From Paraphysomonas bandaiensis (Eukaryota; Protista; Chrysophyceae): DNA of 64,000 bases. The stretch spans positions 1 to 64,000 of the forward strand of contig CBFFRP010000204.1 of the NCBI GenBank assembly GCA_965644295.1, written 5' to 3'. The notes beneath the pieces were generated by a model. The model searched no databases. It was not told the origin of the DNA and worked only from the letters and a program-made list of their open reading frames with translations. The position numbers were made by a program, and so were the translations under genes. Positions 36,434-50,964 of this stretch are shown here, piece by piece (within the stretch, counting starts at the first letter, position 1; every line of letters starts with the position of its first letter).

Positions 36434-38436
36434 TCACCGTCTATCAGAGGTAGCTGAGGAGAGTATATCACTAATCATAACCTTGGAGAAGTTCGATATC
36501 ACATTTCCATTGAATTCCTCTCTTTCTTTCTCTTCTCCACAATTGTCCTCAACCCTACAAGGGCCCTGACTTCCCTTCGGAACGCTTGAATTTCCTAGTG
36601 CTTCCTCCCCATCATCTAGAGGGCTGCAAGGGCATGAGGAATCCAATGATCGGAACTCCCCCTCTTCAATGTCAATGGGAGACTGTCGGGGTGGGCAGTT
36701 TTTGTGATCTTTACCCATCCTCGATTCAGTGTTGGCACTGTTGGGCCGAGATCTCCTTACATCTCCACCTAGGATGAGTGCGCCATCAATACCCTCAGAT
36801 GGCAGTGCAGCTGATCCTGTTCGCTCCACTAGTACATCTGACATTGAACTTGAAATTCCACCTTGATTAGCGTCTGCAATGACGGCGGGGGGCTCAATTG
36901 CTCCTCCTGACATGTGAGAGTTCGCACGTGACAGAGCAAGATGAGCCCCATCTGGTCCTGACGACACCTCATCAGGTACGGTACGGATAGACTTCGGAAT
37001 ATAGGGAGGGGCGAGGGCCATCACTTCCTGAAGCTCGTCCAGAGATGCCGTACAGGGGATGCTCTTCGGTGCCCTATGGAGCGCTCCCTTGATCATGGCA
37101 GAAAGTGATCGTCGAGCTTGTACAGCGAGAGTTGAACGACCCATTCGAAGCCGCACAGTCTGATTATTCAAGAGCGGTAAGGGGCCCTGAAGATATACCA
37201 TTGTACCATTGCTCGACCTCGCGTCTGATACAAAGAATTGCCCATTACGGTAGCTGAGTTTTGCGTGCACAGTCGAAACCGTGCGATAGTCAAGAACCAT
37301 GTTGCAGACACTGGAGCGCCCAATGGTCAGCTCTGATGGAATCAGCTCAGGATCATCATTTAGTTGCTGTTCACCAACACGATACCCAGGGCCAAAATTA
37401 AGCCGAAACTTCGTATTGAAGAGACCAGGAGACGTATCGTGTCGAGTTACAACAACAAGTGATATATAAGGCCCCGGGTGATCCACCTCAAGTAGACTAG
37501 TCTTCACACCGTTCGAACGAAAGGCACTTTTGTAGGCTGCTCCGCATATTTTGCATGCTGGGGCCCCATTTCCGGTAGTACGAATTACAAGCGCTCGGGA
37601 GCCACAAACAGAACTTTGATACCATTTCTGCAGGCACTGCACGTGTAGGTAACGCGTATCACCTTTGCAGTCGCAAGGGGCGACTAGATGGTCCTCAGGG
37701 GTATCGTGGGTCTCATAACACATGTAGCAGAAAGGAGCCACGGCATCTCGTTGTGTGCTCCCACCCTCGTCCCGGCTCCTTTTATCGGAATCTTCCTCCG
37801 CAGCCAATGCGGCCTCGTCCTGGTCACCCTCAAATGCCAGTGCCTCTTCTCGCAAATACTGTAGCCTGTTTGTGTCCAGCCTTTGTTCCACACCTTTGTC
37901 AGTCTTCAATTCAGAGACAACTACCCCAACAGACCCAAGACGAAAACAGTCGCCGAGTTTGATGGGATAAGGTTTACCGGGATTCACACGGTCGCCAATT
38001 ATAATACAGGTGCCAGAGTGTCTCGAGAATATTTCGGGAGAAGATATGGCGTGCCAACCGTTAGAATATGTAATCAGTAACTGATGAGCCCGAGAATCGA
38101 GGAGAGGAATTTCTTTCGGGTAGAGCTTTGCCTTGGCTAGCTCTACAACATATCAGTTAGGCAGAAGCCTCACTCCGAACACATTCTCTTACCTTTCATA
38201 ATGGCCGGAGAGGCGGAGGAGGCACCGTGGAATATTCCTCCTTTGCCTGTGACCACGATATCATTCTGGTGCTCGGGGGTGTATCGAACATTAGCGGTTA
38301 ACCATGACAACTTTACAGAAACAGATCCAAGATGAGCATATTCATCGTTATCTTTCACACAATTGTTGGTGTTATTAATATTACTGGGAACAGGTTCCTG
38401 TTCCGAGGTGCTGACTAAACTCCTTCCTTGACCCAT
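36434..38436 (-). CDS. FHA / RING-CH (C4HC3) / FHA E3 ligase-like protein, multi-exon
   Basis: CYMC...APCDCKG..RYLHVQCLQKW...CKIC; IGRS...TVSTVHA...SSNGT; probable MGQG start. Confidence 0.88.
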
Positions 38437-38921
38437 ACTAATACCAACACTATCAGATAAACACAAGCCAGACCTCTTGAATAAGCACCCACACTTTATA
38501 TATAGATAGTGAGGAGGCCAAGCGAGTGCCAATATATGGGAACAGCCCCCCTGTCAAGATTGAGAGGGAAGGGCAGTCGATGTGAACTCATACAGCACAT
38601 CAAACATCAGTCGACACCTAAACTGCAAGTACATGTGTACGTATGCCAAAAAATATGTACGAACTGAACCGGAACTAAAAATTCTGACCAAATCTTGATA
38701 CAGTGCTGTACCAGTGTACCATGGTGTACATCAACATATCTTCAACAGGTCAGGCTGAATACGAATACATGAATACAGTGGTATTCCTGGTATTAGTGGC
38801 ACGCATGATAATTCTCATAGCTTGCTGTTGTTTCTGCTATTCTGTGCAGAGGGTGGCCATGTTGAGGGAGGAGCAAGGGCGTAGCTCGAGGACTATATTG
38901 AGTAGTAGTATTGTTGTTGAT

Positions 38922-40008
38922 ATGGACCTCAAAGTGACAGATTTTTACCCTTTTAATGCAGACTTAAGCGGAAAATTTTTGACATGTCTCGACCAGCAGT
39001 CTCTGAGTGGGAAATTTGTGTTTAATCTACTCCTGTTGAAATACTTGACAGAGAAGCGACCCGTACATATAGTGTCCTTTAATTCGTCTCGGAATCATTT
39101 CGACTCGATTTTGCGTAAACATGTACAACTTCTGCCTTATGAGTTGACATGACTAACACATTTCCTGATATAGAGCTTTGATTGTACCAAATTGGAGCAG
39201 GCTGGCTTACTCAAGTTTTACTTTAGTGATTCCAACTGCGCTTCTCTCACGGAATCGCTTCAATATGACGAAAATCTGGCTGAACGTGATGTGCCTTATG
39301 CTACGGTTTCCTTATCGCACGATTCCTCCATTGAACAGGTGTGTACACCGATAGTAGTATTATGTTTGCACCGATAATTATATGATATAGGAAAGGCTAT
39401 TGTGTGTGGTTGATATTCTCAAATCGCTTATTAGCACCCTTAGTACACCAATTGCTAAGTCTCTTCTTCCTGTTGTCTTGGTAGACGATCTGAACGCTTT
39501 CGAAACCTTGTTTTTACATCGCAGCTATATGCGTGGTTCTGACCATATCGAATTTGGTCAAAGCTATATTTCTGCCTTGCACACTTTACTCTCTGTGAAT
39601 AAGGTATATACACTATCATTAAGTCATAATGGTAGTACTTAAATTGGCTTTTATTTCCAGATACACTCTCTGGTATGCTATGGCGAAGATTGCAGCGACG
39701 ATAATACCTTTAAGCCCTATTCACTTATGGAATACTGTAAAGCGAGGTATTTTATCTTCATTCTTATATACCTGTAGTATCTTGCTTATCAAGCATGTGG
39801 TACTAATGTTGTTAGCTTTCGAGTTTGATATTAATTCTTTCCTGTAGGGCAGATGACACAGTAGTTGTGGCCTGTTTAGATTCTGGATTTTCGAGTGAGG
39901 TCCATGGGCAATTGGTAATGTCATCTCAACATGGTTTGACTTCTCAGAGGCTATTGTTCAAAGCCATGGACACAGGAATTAAGTGCTGTGTTTCACGGAT
40001 CTAGATAA
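38922..40008 (+). CDS. ELP6: Elongator complex subunit 6-like, multi-exon
   Basis: SGKFVF..LL..YL....VHIVSF...NHF..ILRK, VVLVDDL, LDSGFSSEVHGQL. Confidence 0.7.
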
Positions 40009-40429
40009 AGTACTGTATGATATATATACATATGGAGATCACTGGATGAACGTAATAATATTGATCGTGGTGTTATTCTATGTGCTCTTGTTGTGAAGAG
40101 TGAAAAGAGAAAGTGAAATATGCTGCTTTAGGTAATAGGCGAAAGACGAACATTTTTATGTCTCTACTAATTAGCTAGGCTGTAGAAAATATGAAACATG
40201 TTATTCTCGCACGCAGAATATAGATACTGGTAACACGGTATATACGTGGTATACACCTGGTCACCTGGTATACCATACTGTAAACTGGAGTATTGACATA
40301 GCATACACAGAAGCGTAGCTGGAGGCAGAATACCTGAGGGGATCATAACCACCTGTAAAGAACCAGGCTTACGTAAAATGTAAAATTAATAGGCAATTAA
40401 TTGCTGACACGTGTCGACTCCCTCAATAG

Positions 40430-40870
40430 CTCAACAGTGGTCGGACACGAACCGTTTCGTGGTGTTCTTGGGGATAAGTACCGAAGATATCTATCCGGGA
40501 AACTAATGCGAGCCTTATATTATATAATCAGCAGATATTGTTCTGCCCTCCCATGGTACAATGTACAATGGACACTAATATAAGTGTCACTTGTGTTGAC
40601 GTCTTTGGGCTTGACGAATAATCAGGCATCCGGGGTATTGGGCTACCTGCTGAAGTCAAGCACCCGGGCTATTCACCGATTTAAGGTAGCAGGTGTCAGG
40701 TGTATCAACATTTTGCTTGCTCATTGCGTTTGCTTTGAGTGACAGAGAAAAAGTAGTTGCACCTTGGTGCTTGCGGTGACGCACAAGCAGCTTTCGTAGC
40801 ATTAAGTAGTAGGATATTAGAGTTAAGCACTAAATTAGTTCTGACTCTCCAACGCATGTTGCTAATAATA
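40430..40870. repeat. Dispersed ~450-bp unclassified repeat, copy 1
   Basis: Shares long blocks (GGGGATAAGTACCGAAGATATC; TTGCGGTGACGCACAAGCAGCTTTCGTAGC) with 48015-48535 and 48660-49050. Confidence 0.85.
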
Positions 40871-40984
40871 ATAGATTTACTACTGGTGTCCAACAACAAT
40901 AATTGCAATTATTAGCCAAGTATCCAATTGTTGATTATTATTGGCTTAGCTATTAATTGGCTATTATTGTAATAACATTCTGAA

Positions 40985-41238
40985 CTATAATAATTATTAT
41001 GATTCAGCTTAATACAAGATTGTATCTGTGAGTTATAATGTTCTATGAAATATATTATCAACTGAATTAGAGAGAGTATGATCATCATAGTGACCGTCAT
41101 TATCAGTTATAATTCTAACTATTCCGTTGTGCACGATAGTTATGTTTTATATTGTTATTCATAATTCTCACTCTATCGTCACTTTCCACTCTAATAATCA
41201 CAACATTGTTATACTATTACTAAGATCAACTCTTTATT
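40985..41238 (+). repeat. Solo/partial Copia LTR (family of 28827-29170)
   Basis: Reverse-complement match to 28827-29090; ends GATCAACTCTTTATT. Confidence 0.82.
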
Positions 41239-41914
41239 ATAATTAAATTTTATCGCTTTTAAAACGAATTAATTTAATTGTTACGCAAGCCGACTAGGAA
41301 TAGTGCTAATGAAGGTGTAGTCGTCATATACATCATTGCTGCTCCAGCGGTGTTAACTTATAAACCATACTTCCAAGTTATATGCAAAAATATCGAAAAT
41401 AGTGATAAAACCAATGCAAATTTATATTATGAGAAATCGTTTCCATCCATTGCGATTGTAGTACATACTTCAGACTTATACTGAGATGCAAGAGTATTTT
41501 TGTAATAATGTTTTTTGGGTAATAAGTGATTGTTATGAGAAATACAATCTTGGCGTACATCATGCTTGATATATATATAGTGTCTTGTACAGGGGATCTG
41601 TTGAGTGTTAAAAAAATCTGGCTTGTAAGCAAATTCAGTATATTCATTCAGAGTCAAGTTGTGAAAATACTCAGTTTGGAACCTAAGTTTGTACCACAGC
41701 ATAAGTCTAACAACAAATTCAACTTTGTGATTTTAAGGTTACTGAGATTTTTACCGATGTTGACTGGGCTGGTGAGATTATAACTCGAAGGTCAACAATG
41801 GGGCACATATAAGCTGCACGGTTAACATCATCAACGAAACGTGAGGATGTCGGAAATGTGCTCTATTCCTCATGGATAGACAGAGTACAAGGTATAATAA
41901 AGCACTTAGCGGAC

Positions 41915-42030
41915 AGTATAATATATTATGGTATTATATCTAATTTAAAAGCTAGTAGGTACTAATGGTCATTATAATTGCCATTATAACTGGACTACCA
42001 TTAATGGGCCATTAATGGTTATCAGGCCCT
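41915..42030. mobile_element. Partial hAT MITE (family of 58203-58416)
   Basis: CTGGACTACCATTAATGGGCCATTAATGGTTATCAGGCCCTG end. Confidence 0.75.
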
Positions 42031-42722
42031 GCGGTAGATGGTAGATACGGAGAGACCGTTCAAAACCTCCTGAAGTGATATACCTGGTTTTAAAGAGGAA
42101 CCTCTAAGAAGGATTGAAATAATCATATATATGTTTATCGATTTTCCAGTTTGTGTTTTCGTGGTTGTGCATCTGGTAGTTTTGCCTCGTTATTATACGG
42201 AATCAGATGAGAGCAAATAGAAGCTGTAATATAGTAGTTATGTATTTATAAACAGTATGCATGATAGTGATTAAGTGTTATGAATATGTACTAGGTAAAC
42301 TGCAATATAGTGACTGCATAAGACCTTCACAATGTAGAATTGTAACTGAAGCCATTATGATATGAAGCAAGTTGCAATTAAAGATGAGAAATCGTTATAA
42401 CAATGTTAATTGAGTGTTGTTCTTACTGTGTTCAGTTAACTTCTTTATGTACTGCAAACCAAGCTTAATGTTAAGGTTGTGAGATATTACGACAGTAATA
42501 TATATGTCCATGAATATTGTTATACATATTAGAGCTTCAGTTTCGTAAATGATAACATGAGTACATGCATTCTCAACACCCAGGCCGCATAGAAAAGTTT
42601 AACGCCGAGTAGTTTAGATTCGTTTACATTAGACCAGTAATTACACTCGATTATTCATAACCCCACATCGCGCTTCTCCATATTACTAGCATTGTGTCTA
42701 TATATCCACCCATGTGTCTACA

Positions 42723-45700
42723 CTAAAGTTCATCATCATGAATGGTATCGAAACCGTCATCCTTTATGTCCTCATTAAATTCACTCTCTGTTGCATTGCC
42801 ATCATTGACAGGATCCATGTTCTCATTCTGATCACCTTGTTCGACAGTAGTGGTATTAGTTTCATTGAGAGAAGCAGTGACGTTAACCTATCACAAACTG
42901 TTATCGTATGGATAGCGAAGATGCAAGCACTTAATCACAATTATCTACAGCACCTTTGGAGGAACCGGTTTCGGCTTCTTCAGCAACTTCTCGAATTGCA
43001 GAGTCAATGGTTTCATCTGAGCAGTTACATCCGCCGAACTGAAAGCTGGAGTTTCGTGTGATGATAATTCAAGCTGGGCTTTTTCATTATCGTCCAGCCA
43101 CGTCTCAACTTTTCCAACGGTATTCAGTAATTTTTCTTTTTCCTCTTCAGTAACATGTGGTAGACTCTCAGACCACTCCGCTACTACCTTTCTCACAGTT
43201 GCAAGCTGTGTGCGAGCCTTGCGAACAGCCTCTGGTCTAGCTTTGTGCTCCTTAAACCGCTAGAAATACGGGTTAGCCTAACGAAGAAACGACCTGATAA
43301 ACATACGGATTACCTTGAACACTGCGTCTGCTTTAACTTTAATAGCGTTCTGTCTCGCTTTGTATACAGAAACGTCTTGATCACGGCCATCACCATAGAG
43401 CCAATCCTCAACATCATCGCACATAGCGATAATATCTTCTCGTTGCTCAGCAGTAGAAACAGCACCAAGCTTGTCATCTCCATCTTCTTCTCGAAAGCGT
43501 CCACGGATCTTATACACAAACGCCTCGAGGTCGTTCAAAGCAGCGGCCTTGGCAAGTCTTAGCTCATCGGCTGCATTCAAGTCTTCTAAACGTCTTCTGG
43601 CATCGGCTAAGAGCTTTGATGACCACATTGCCGGACGAAGAGCGCCAGTGTTCGCATCAATGGTGAGGACTTGACGAAGAGTGTTATCCTTTTTCGATTT
43701 TTTCGACTTTTTGTTCTTGGTTGACTTGTCATCTGAACTCTCTTTTGGCGTCGGTTCTTCGACTTTAGTATCATGTGCCGCCTCATCGAGAGGGACACTT
43801 TCAGCAGAAGACTCGTTGCTCTGGGTTTCAGCAACACTTTCCTCTTCTGTGGTGGATGCGCTTTCTTCCGTCTCTGCCGGTAACTCCAAAGTGGCTTCTG
43901 CTTTGGACAAATACACCATTCCACTTGCATCCAGAGTAAAGCTTAAATGAACCTTTGGTGTCCCTAAGCCACGCTCCGATGCCATTTTTGCAAAATTTGA
44001 AACCCCAGTGACATTGTACAAGGCAATCATGTGATCAGTGCCCTCCGGTAATGGATTGCTGTCATCACGATCATACTCAACTTTGCAAAGAATGTCCTGG
44101 TCATGGTGAAACGCAACAGTCTTCGTTTTTGAAGGAACTGCTGACCCTGCAGGATACAGTGCCGTGTGTTTAGCCCATGCCTCATCATTAGCCGCATTAT
44201 CGGCGGTATTCGTTTTACCAACAAGCCATCCAAACACACCACCATCAGAGGCGGTTGGAAGTGACTCCAAATTGATAGACACACCGAACTTCGAAATGTC
44301 TGACATACCAATCTGAATATTACGAATTAGCATTCACAAGAATACGAACGATAAACTATGCACATCTTAACAAACTGTTCATAAAACAACAATAGATTGT
44401 AGTTCTTACCTTTCGAACCCTAAAGGCGGTGCTGATATTCGCTGCTCTGAATGCTGCACCCAAAGCCATAGCTTCATCCCCGTTGAGATGGGCACCAAGC
44501 TCAAGATCACCAGCTCTGAAGTACGCCTCAAGGTTTTGCTTTACCTAATGAAAGGCCACGAGTTAGCTTTTGAGCATTCAAATCAAACAACAGCATTTCT
44601 ACCTTAGGCATGCGAACTCCACCACCAATTAATTCAACCGCATTAATATCCTTTAAGGTCATTCCGGCCATCGCAAGCGCTTCGTCAATAGGGTGCGTGA
44701 CGCGATCAAAAAGATTACCACATGCTTCCTCAAACTCTGACCGGGTAATCTGCGACACCATTACAAGCATAGAATATAATACACTATTTTAAGCTCACTT
44801 TAGTATGTAAATCCACATCTGCGTGCAGCTGCTCCACTTTGTAAGGAAATTCATTATTTGCTGACAACACTTCTCTGATCTTCATCGCCTCCATACGCAA
44901 GCGAGTCATAGGTCTCACATGGTCACGAATATCCTGTCCCTTCCCTGACTTCTTTTTATGCCAATTAGCATTGAATCGGTCAGCAAGAATTTCCGCAATA
45001 ACCACATCAAAATTAACGCCCCCTAACTGGGTATCCCATGCCTTACCAATAACTTGAAATTGACCAACTGTCTTGTTCTTACCGCCTTCCTTTGTCTCAT
45101 ATGAACTGTATGTTACAATTGATACCTATAAAATATATTAAGTATTACATCAGCGACAATTTGGCACGATAACATACTTGAACCATACTGGCACCCATGT
45201 TGTAAAATAAAACCGTGTGAGAATCATCAAATACTCTGTCTATTCCGAAGTGCAAAGCTGCAGCAGTATTTTCCTCCATCAGCGACAGAACATTAAGATC
45301 GGCGATATCAGCTGCTGCATACATTGCAGCTCTCTCGTGCTGAGTGAAGCTGGAAGGCACTGTTAGCACGCAATCCTTAACATTTTTCCCGCCATATTGC
45401 TTAGTCATTTCTTTGGCGTGCATCATCATCATAGCCAGTAGTTCCTCTGGGGTGAAGTATGACTCTCCAAACTTGATGCTGAGACAGAAATAGAGTTATG
45501 CAAACGCAAAAAAAACTAAACTACACAAATACCTTGTTAACCCCGTGGTTTCGTTTGCATAAACAACGTACGGGAAGTACTGCTTCTGTAAGGATGCTAC
45601 AAGTGGGCTGTCATGGCTTTGACCCAATATTCGATGAAACTTGGTAAAAGTTAATTCCGGCTTTCGTGCCATTAACGCGTAGGAGTCTGCACCAAAGGAG

Positions 45701-45945
45701 CGCTCCCCATTATAAAAAGTAATGGAATTGGGTGTCCGGCGTTTCGATTGAGAATTTGTCACTGCACATATGTACCGTTAGTCTCAGAATGAATCTATCA
45801 GATCAATATATTAACGACCTATGTCAAATTTTCCAGGAGACACCAATCCCACTTTCATATTATCACTTCCGAAATCAATGCCAATTACGTTGGCTGTTGC
45901 AGTAGCAACAAGAAGAAGATGAGGAAGAATGCGAAGTGCCATCAT
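42723..45945 (-). CDS. HYOU1: ER Hsp70-family chaperone HYOU1/GRP170, multi-exon
   Basis: Signal peptide + IGIDFGS, TNSQSKRRTP, ENTAAAL, FYNMGAS, ELIGGGVRMPK, HLNGDEAMALGAAF, C-terminal HDDEL. Confidence 0.95.
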
Positions 45946-46595
45946 TTCACTGCAGTCAAAGTGCTAGTGTCAGAGTGTTCGATATCACCGCAATCAATTC
46001 TATGGACCCTACACAATATTAGGTGTGTAAAGGAATAATGTATGCAGGTGTGTTGCACAATGGTTGAAACTGAGGTGTGTTCTATGTGTGCATAAATAGT
46101 GCCTAAATTCCGCAGCCACACATCCTGTGCCTATATTTGCTTAGCAGTCATCTTTACGTAAAACTATATAAGAAGTCACACGTAAAAAAACAAATTCTTT
46201 CGAAATATATTTCTGGAATTTTACACGTGTCACCAACATACGGTTTATAGTGTTAACAGAAAACGCGGTTACAGGTCAATTTTTTGACAGAAAGCTACAG
46301 GATTGAAAAACTACACATTTCGAAATATTACATTGCTAAATCTGGGAATTATTTTATAGGAAGATATACAGAAAAACTGAACCTGTAACTTAAAATACAG
46401 AGATGATGTTTTTTGCACCACTGCTTTTTTTGGTTCAGCAGTATACCCTGTAGTTCCGATATGTATACGTATGATCAAAATGATACCAGTGCAGCAGTAC
46501 ATAACTGTATAACTGTATGGAGATTTTTATAGTGGGATTCGATTCACTCAACAACTCAACAACATTAAATAGAAGAAAGGGGTTGAGTTTACACG

Positions 46596-47400
46596 ATGCT
46601 CCGTTGTACGAGTGCAAAGTGCTTACGTTTTTCTATTGTTTTTCTCTCATATATAGTGAGAGTGTGTGATGCGTCAACGGTTTCCCTGGATTGGGGACTT
46701 GGAGTAGGGGACCAAGGCACAACCGTAGTGTCTACTGGAGATTTTGTTCAGTGGGTCTGGGTGGACAGTGGAATCCCACACAGCATTTTCGCAGTAAATG
46801 GGGATTTTTCAAACTCAGATGTGAGCAGTACGAAAGGTTTCACGCATACTGTCCAGTTCCACACGGTTGGTACATATAACTATATATGTGCTGTTCATGG
46901 AACAGCAATGAAGGGAATCATTTCAGTGGTCGCGAGCACATCATCCGCTTCACCCAGCATGTCCCCGACATTTTTTCCAACTGTGAGTCCGACTAAGAAG
47001 CCAACGCGCAGCCCCACTGTTAGCCCAACCATGATGCCGACTTCACATGACTCACAATTCCCATCATCGCGGCCAACCTTTTCTCCAACTGCGATGCCTA
47101 CTAGGATTCCCACCCGGCTACCAACGAAATTACCTAGTGTATCACCAACTTTCTCACCTACTTTGAAACCTACAACTTTGCCAACTAAGGTACCGACAAA
47201 TGCTCCAATATCGACGCCAACAAAGGCGCCAACGAAAGAACCTACGAAGACTCCGACATCAGTGAAGCCCACTTTGTCGCCTACTCCAATCCCAGAGAAA
47301 TTGTGTAAATGCAACAGTGTTCATCGCTCTTATCGCTAATATGTCGGTAGCTTATGCGACGACATCTGTATTTACTTATTTATGAAAAGCATTCGTATGT
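46596..47400 (+). CDS. Secreted cupredoxin (type-1 Cu) domain + PT-repeat mucin-like stalk; 3' end uncertain
   Basis: Signal peptide; PH...YICAVHGTAMKG (H, C, H, M ligands); many PT/SPT repeats. Confidence 0.8.
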
Positions 47401-48014
47401 TGTGGTCATGCATCTTCTCTTCCTTCTATATATCAATGGGTCGAAGTGCTGATTCAATAAATGATACTGCATGTGCGGTCCTCACGCTGTACGTTTTCTG
47501 ATTTATGTCCCTGCATTGTGGAGTTAATAATTATACTTATTTCTTAAATATGTGAAAGGATGTCAAGTTTATGTCTTGCTTTTGTGGAATAAAGAATTAC
47601 AGATGCTCAACAATAGATGAAAATTGGACATTGTTTTATGCTTATTTTGTGATTGGTAGAACCAAGTGATTAGTTAAGTCAATAATGAACATAATACTAA
47701 ACACCCATAGTTTAGTAAAAAATTGACAAAAACACAAAATCGATAGCGTGAAGTGGTTATTCCTTAAAAAAATGTACTATTCAATCTTCAAGAGTGCGTA
47801 AATAGAACAAAAGCATAACAATCAGGCTTGCGTAACAGTTAAGAAATTTTCAATTTATTGGCAATAATTGCCAATCATTGGATTGTGAATTAAATTAATT
47901 GCTTTTAGAAGTGATAATTTCAATTATTTTTATTGGTAAATGTTGCCAACTAATTACCAATTAATCGCAAGTAATTGACTGACTTAATTATATATACCAT
48001 CTTCTCTCAGCAAA

Positions 48015-49050
48015 GTCCGGACTCGCACCGCTTCGTGGTGTTCTTCGGTTCTTGGGGATAAGTACCGAAGATATCTCCGGGAAACTAACGTAGGCCGTAT
48101 ATTATATATAGTCAGCAGGTATTGTTCTGCACACCCATGGTACAATGTACAATGGACACTAATATAAGTGTCACTTGTGTTGACGTCTTTGGGCTTGACC
48201 AATAAACAGGCATCCGGGATATAGGGCTGCCTTCTGAAGTCAAGCATCCGAGAATGAGAATGAGAGAGAATGAGACCACCTCAAGGGCAACGGGGGTATT
48301 GGGCTGCCTACTGCCTCTACAAACAGTCGGGCTAATTCACCTAAGGTTAAGGACAGAGGTCAAAAGTGGTTGCACCTTCTTGGTGCTCTTGCGGTGACGC
48401 ACAAGCAGCTTTCGTAGCGTTAAGTAGTAGGATATTAGAGCTAAGCACTATTTAGTTAAATGTTTTGCTACATTAATTAGTTAAATTCTAAACCTTATAC
48501 GCCTATTATTGCTAATAATAAGACATTCACTACTGATCATAGAGGTACAAACTCATTATCTACTAGCATAGAGGCTTGGATGTAGGTGCACAATCACTTT
48601 ATTATTATTATTTATTTTTCTAGTCGTAATTGTACCTATCTACAATATACTCCCTCAACAAAGTCGGACTTGCACTTTTTCGTAGTAAGTACTGAAAAGA
48701 TTTCTTCGGGAAACAAACCTGAGTCACATATTATATAGTCAGCAGATAACATTTGTGTAGACGAACAAACAGGCAACCAGGAATGTGCCCACCTGAAGGG
48801 CATCTGGGGTATTGGGCTACCTTCTGAAGTCAAGCATCCGGGCTGTCCACCTACTGAAGTTAGCAGATGTCAGGTGTATCAACATTTTGCTTGCTCACTG
48901 CGTTTGCTTTTTGAGTGATAGAGAAAAAGTAGTTGCACCTTGGTGCTTGCGGTGACGCACAAGCAGCTTTTGTAGCGTTAAGTAGTAGGATATTAGAGTT
49001 AAGCACTGACTCTTAAACGCCTATTGCTAGAAATAAGACACTCACTACTA
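48015..49050. repeat. Two adjacent diverged copies of the ~450-bp unclassified repeat
   Basis: Aligns by eye with 40430-40870. Confidence 0.85.
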
Positions 49051-49587
49051 TCTGCAATAATAAAAGGATAACTTCAGTGATACGTACGTAAAAACTTAAC
49101 AAAGCATATATAATAAATTAAAAGTTAGTGCTTATATCTAATATGTAGAATAGGGGTGGGCCCGCATTAATACCAATCCCGACAGGGGAGGAAATCCGCT
49201 ATTGGTCATCTTATCTACCACAATCCACAAGTACTTTGCCTCTAGAGTTCATAGTTCATATAAAGGTGCACACCTTGTCGCATCATAATGTTTATAGAGA
49301 AGTCATAGCTCTAACAAGATCTATACGACTCTAGCTGCAGTGATCTACTCTTTTTATAACAGATCTCTTTCGATTCGACATAAATAAGTACATTTATATT
49401 TTGATACTTCCAACAACACAGTTTTGCACATTACAAACCTACATTACTAGAAGGTGTTAGGTCTACACAATCAAGTCAAACGAAAGTAACACTTCACAAA
49501 TAGGCGTCGATGAAGCCTCTTACATACTCTCAGTGTACTAAATACCAGAATTTGACATATCTCCATATAATACTCACACTAGACACT

Positions 49588-50964
49588 CTACGGATCCAGA
49601 AACCGTGCGCTCATTGTCTCACATCTAACTCTTTGTTCCTCTCCCTATCAACTCAATATGAATAAAAGTGGATAAATACGTGAATTTAGAGACAGAAAGT
49701 CAGCGGGCTATACCTGGTCATCTGTAGCTACAAGAGTATATTCTACAGTTGCAGGCATACCAACCGCATAATTAGACATATATCCCAGGCTGAAAAAAGC
49801 ACATGCGACACCTATTCCGATGCCAGCTGAACACGTTGAGTTAGAAAGAATAGACAAATATGTGCGACAGTTATGCGCTGGGTTTGTACTTAACATATAC
49901 TACATGATGTTAATGAATTACCTATAACATCTTCAGGGAAGTGCCAGTAATCAGATATTCTTGTAGAAGCCACCCAAATGGACAACAAAATCGGAACGAT
50001 AGCTACTTGAGTCAGGTAAAACGCCGTACATCTATACATGTGACCATTCTTTCCTGTACTGAGGGTGGTACTGCTAAGCCACTTCATATCAAGAAGCCAC
50101 AGAAATGATACATATCCCATCGGTGCCATTGTACTTGAAGAATGCCCAGATGGAAAAGACAAATGGGAGTTAGCTGTAAAACTAAAGAGTTATACAATTG
50201 AAAACATAGTGCAGAACATAGCACAATTACCCTTGAAGTCCCCCCTCGAGCTTGCGTGAACTGAGGCGTATATTCTTAAAGCATAGTATATAGGTCTTGG
50301 TGCACCAATGGTATACTTCAGGAACCTTGTACATATCGCACTGTATAAAAACGCTGCCGCAGCTCCAATAACAGAGTCCCAAAACACGAGCATCCAATAT
50401 TGCTCACTTATTCGTCCATTAGAATATTTGGTCACATACCTCCACATCAACACTCTGCATAACAAGTACACAAAACACACAGAAATCGCTAGTGCAACAC
50501 CCTCTATCGTTGACACACTTTCCACAGGATTCGAATCAATGTCATGTAACTCATGGCAGCATTTCGTCACCGAAACCTGGTCTGGGCTAGTAATACACAG
50601 CTGTAAATCTTGAGGCCAACAAAAAGAGTTATCGAATTTGAGGGGATAACTGTATTGCGTGTTGTTAGCAATCGTTATAAAAGATGTTCCATTGGTGCTT
50701 TCAACATCAGGAATTAGCATGTTGGTATAGTCACCCAACTCAATCACACTAATCAATACACCTCCTAAAATCAATAAAAAGGAGATGTCTGGCACTCTCC
50801 ACACGAATAGCCTAGTTATAAGGAATAAACAAGCCGACCCTAAGTATAATCCAATCCTACCTGTCACACAGAGATTGTGCAGCCCAAAACACATCATCGG
50901 TCAAATGAGGATGAATCAGCCTGTGAGGCCCCCATCCCATAGAACTCTTATGAATTGCACCCAT
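49588..50964 (-). CDS. PAP2 / lipid phosphate phosphatase, multi-exon
   Basis: KYTIGAPRP, SFPSGHSS, STRISDYWHFPEDV, several TM segments. Confidence 0.9.

Noticed and set aside
40620-40810. Hammerhead or other ribozyme in the 450-bp repeat
   Set aside because: No CUGAUGA...GAAA core with compatible stems found on either strand by eye.
46895-47314. Antisense VG-repeat ORF, and the many other short antisense ORFs over genes
   Set aside because: Shadow frames of the PT-repeat and other real coding regions.
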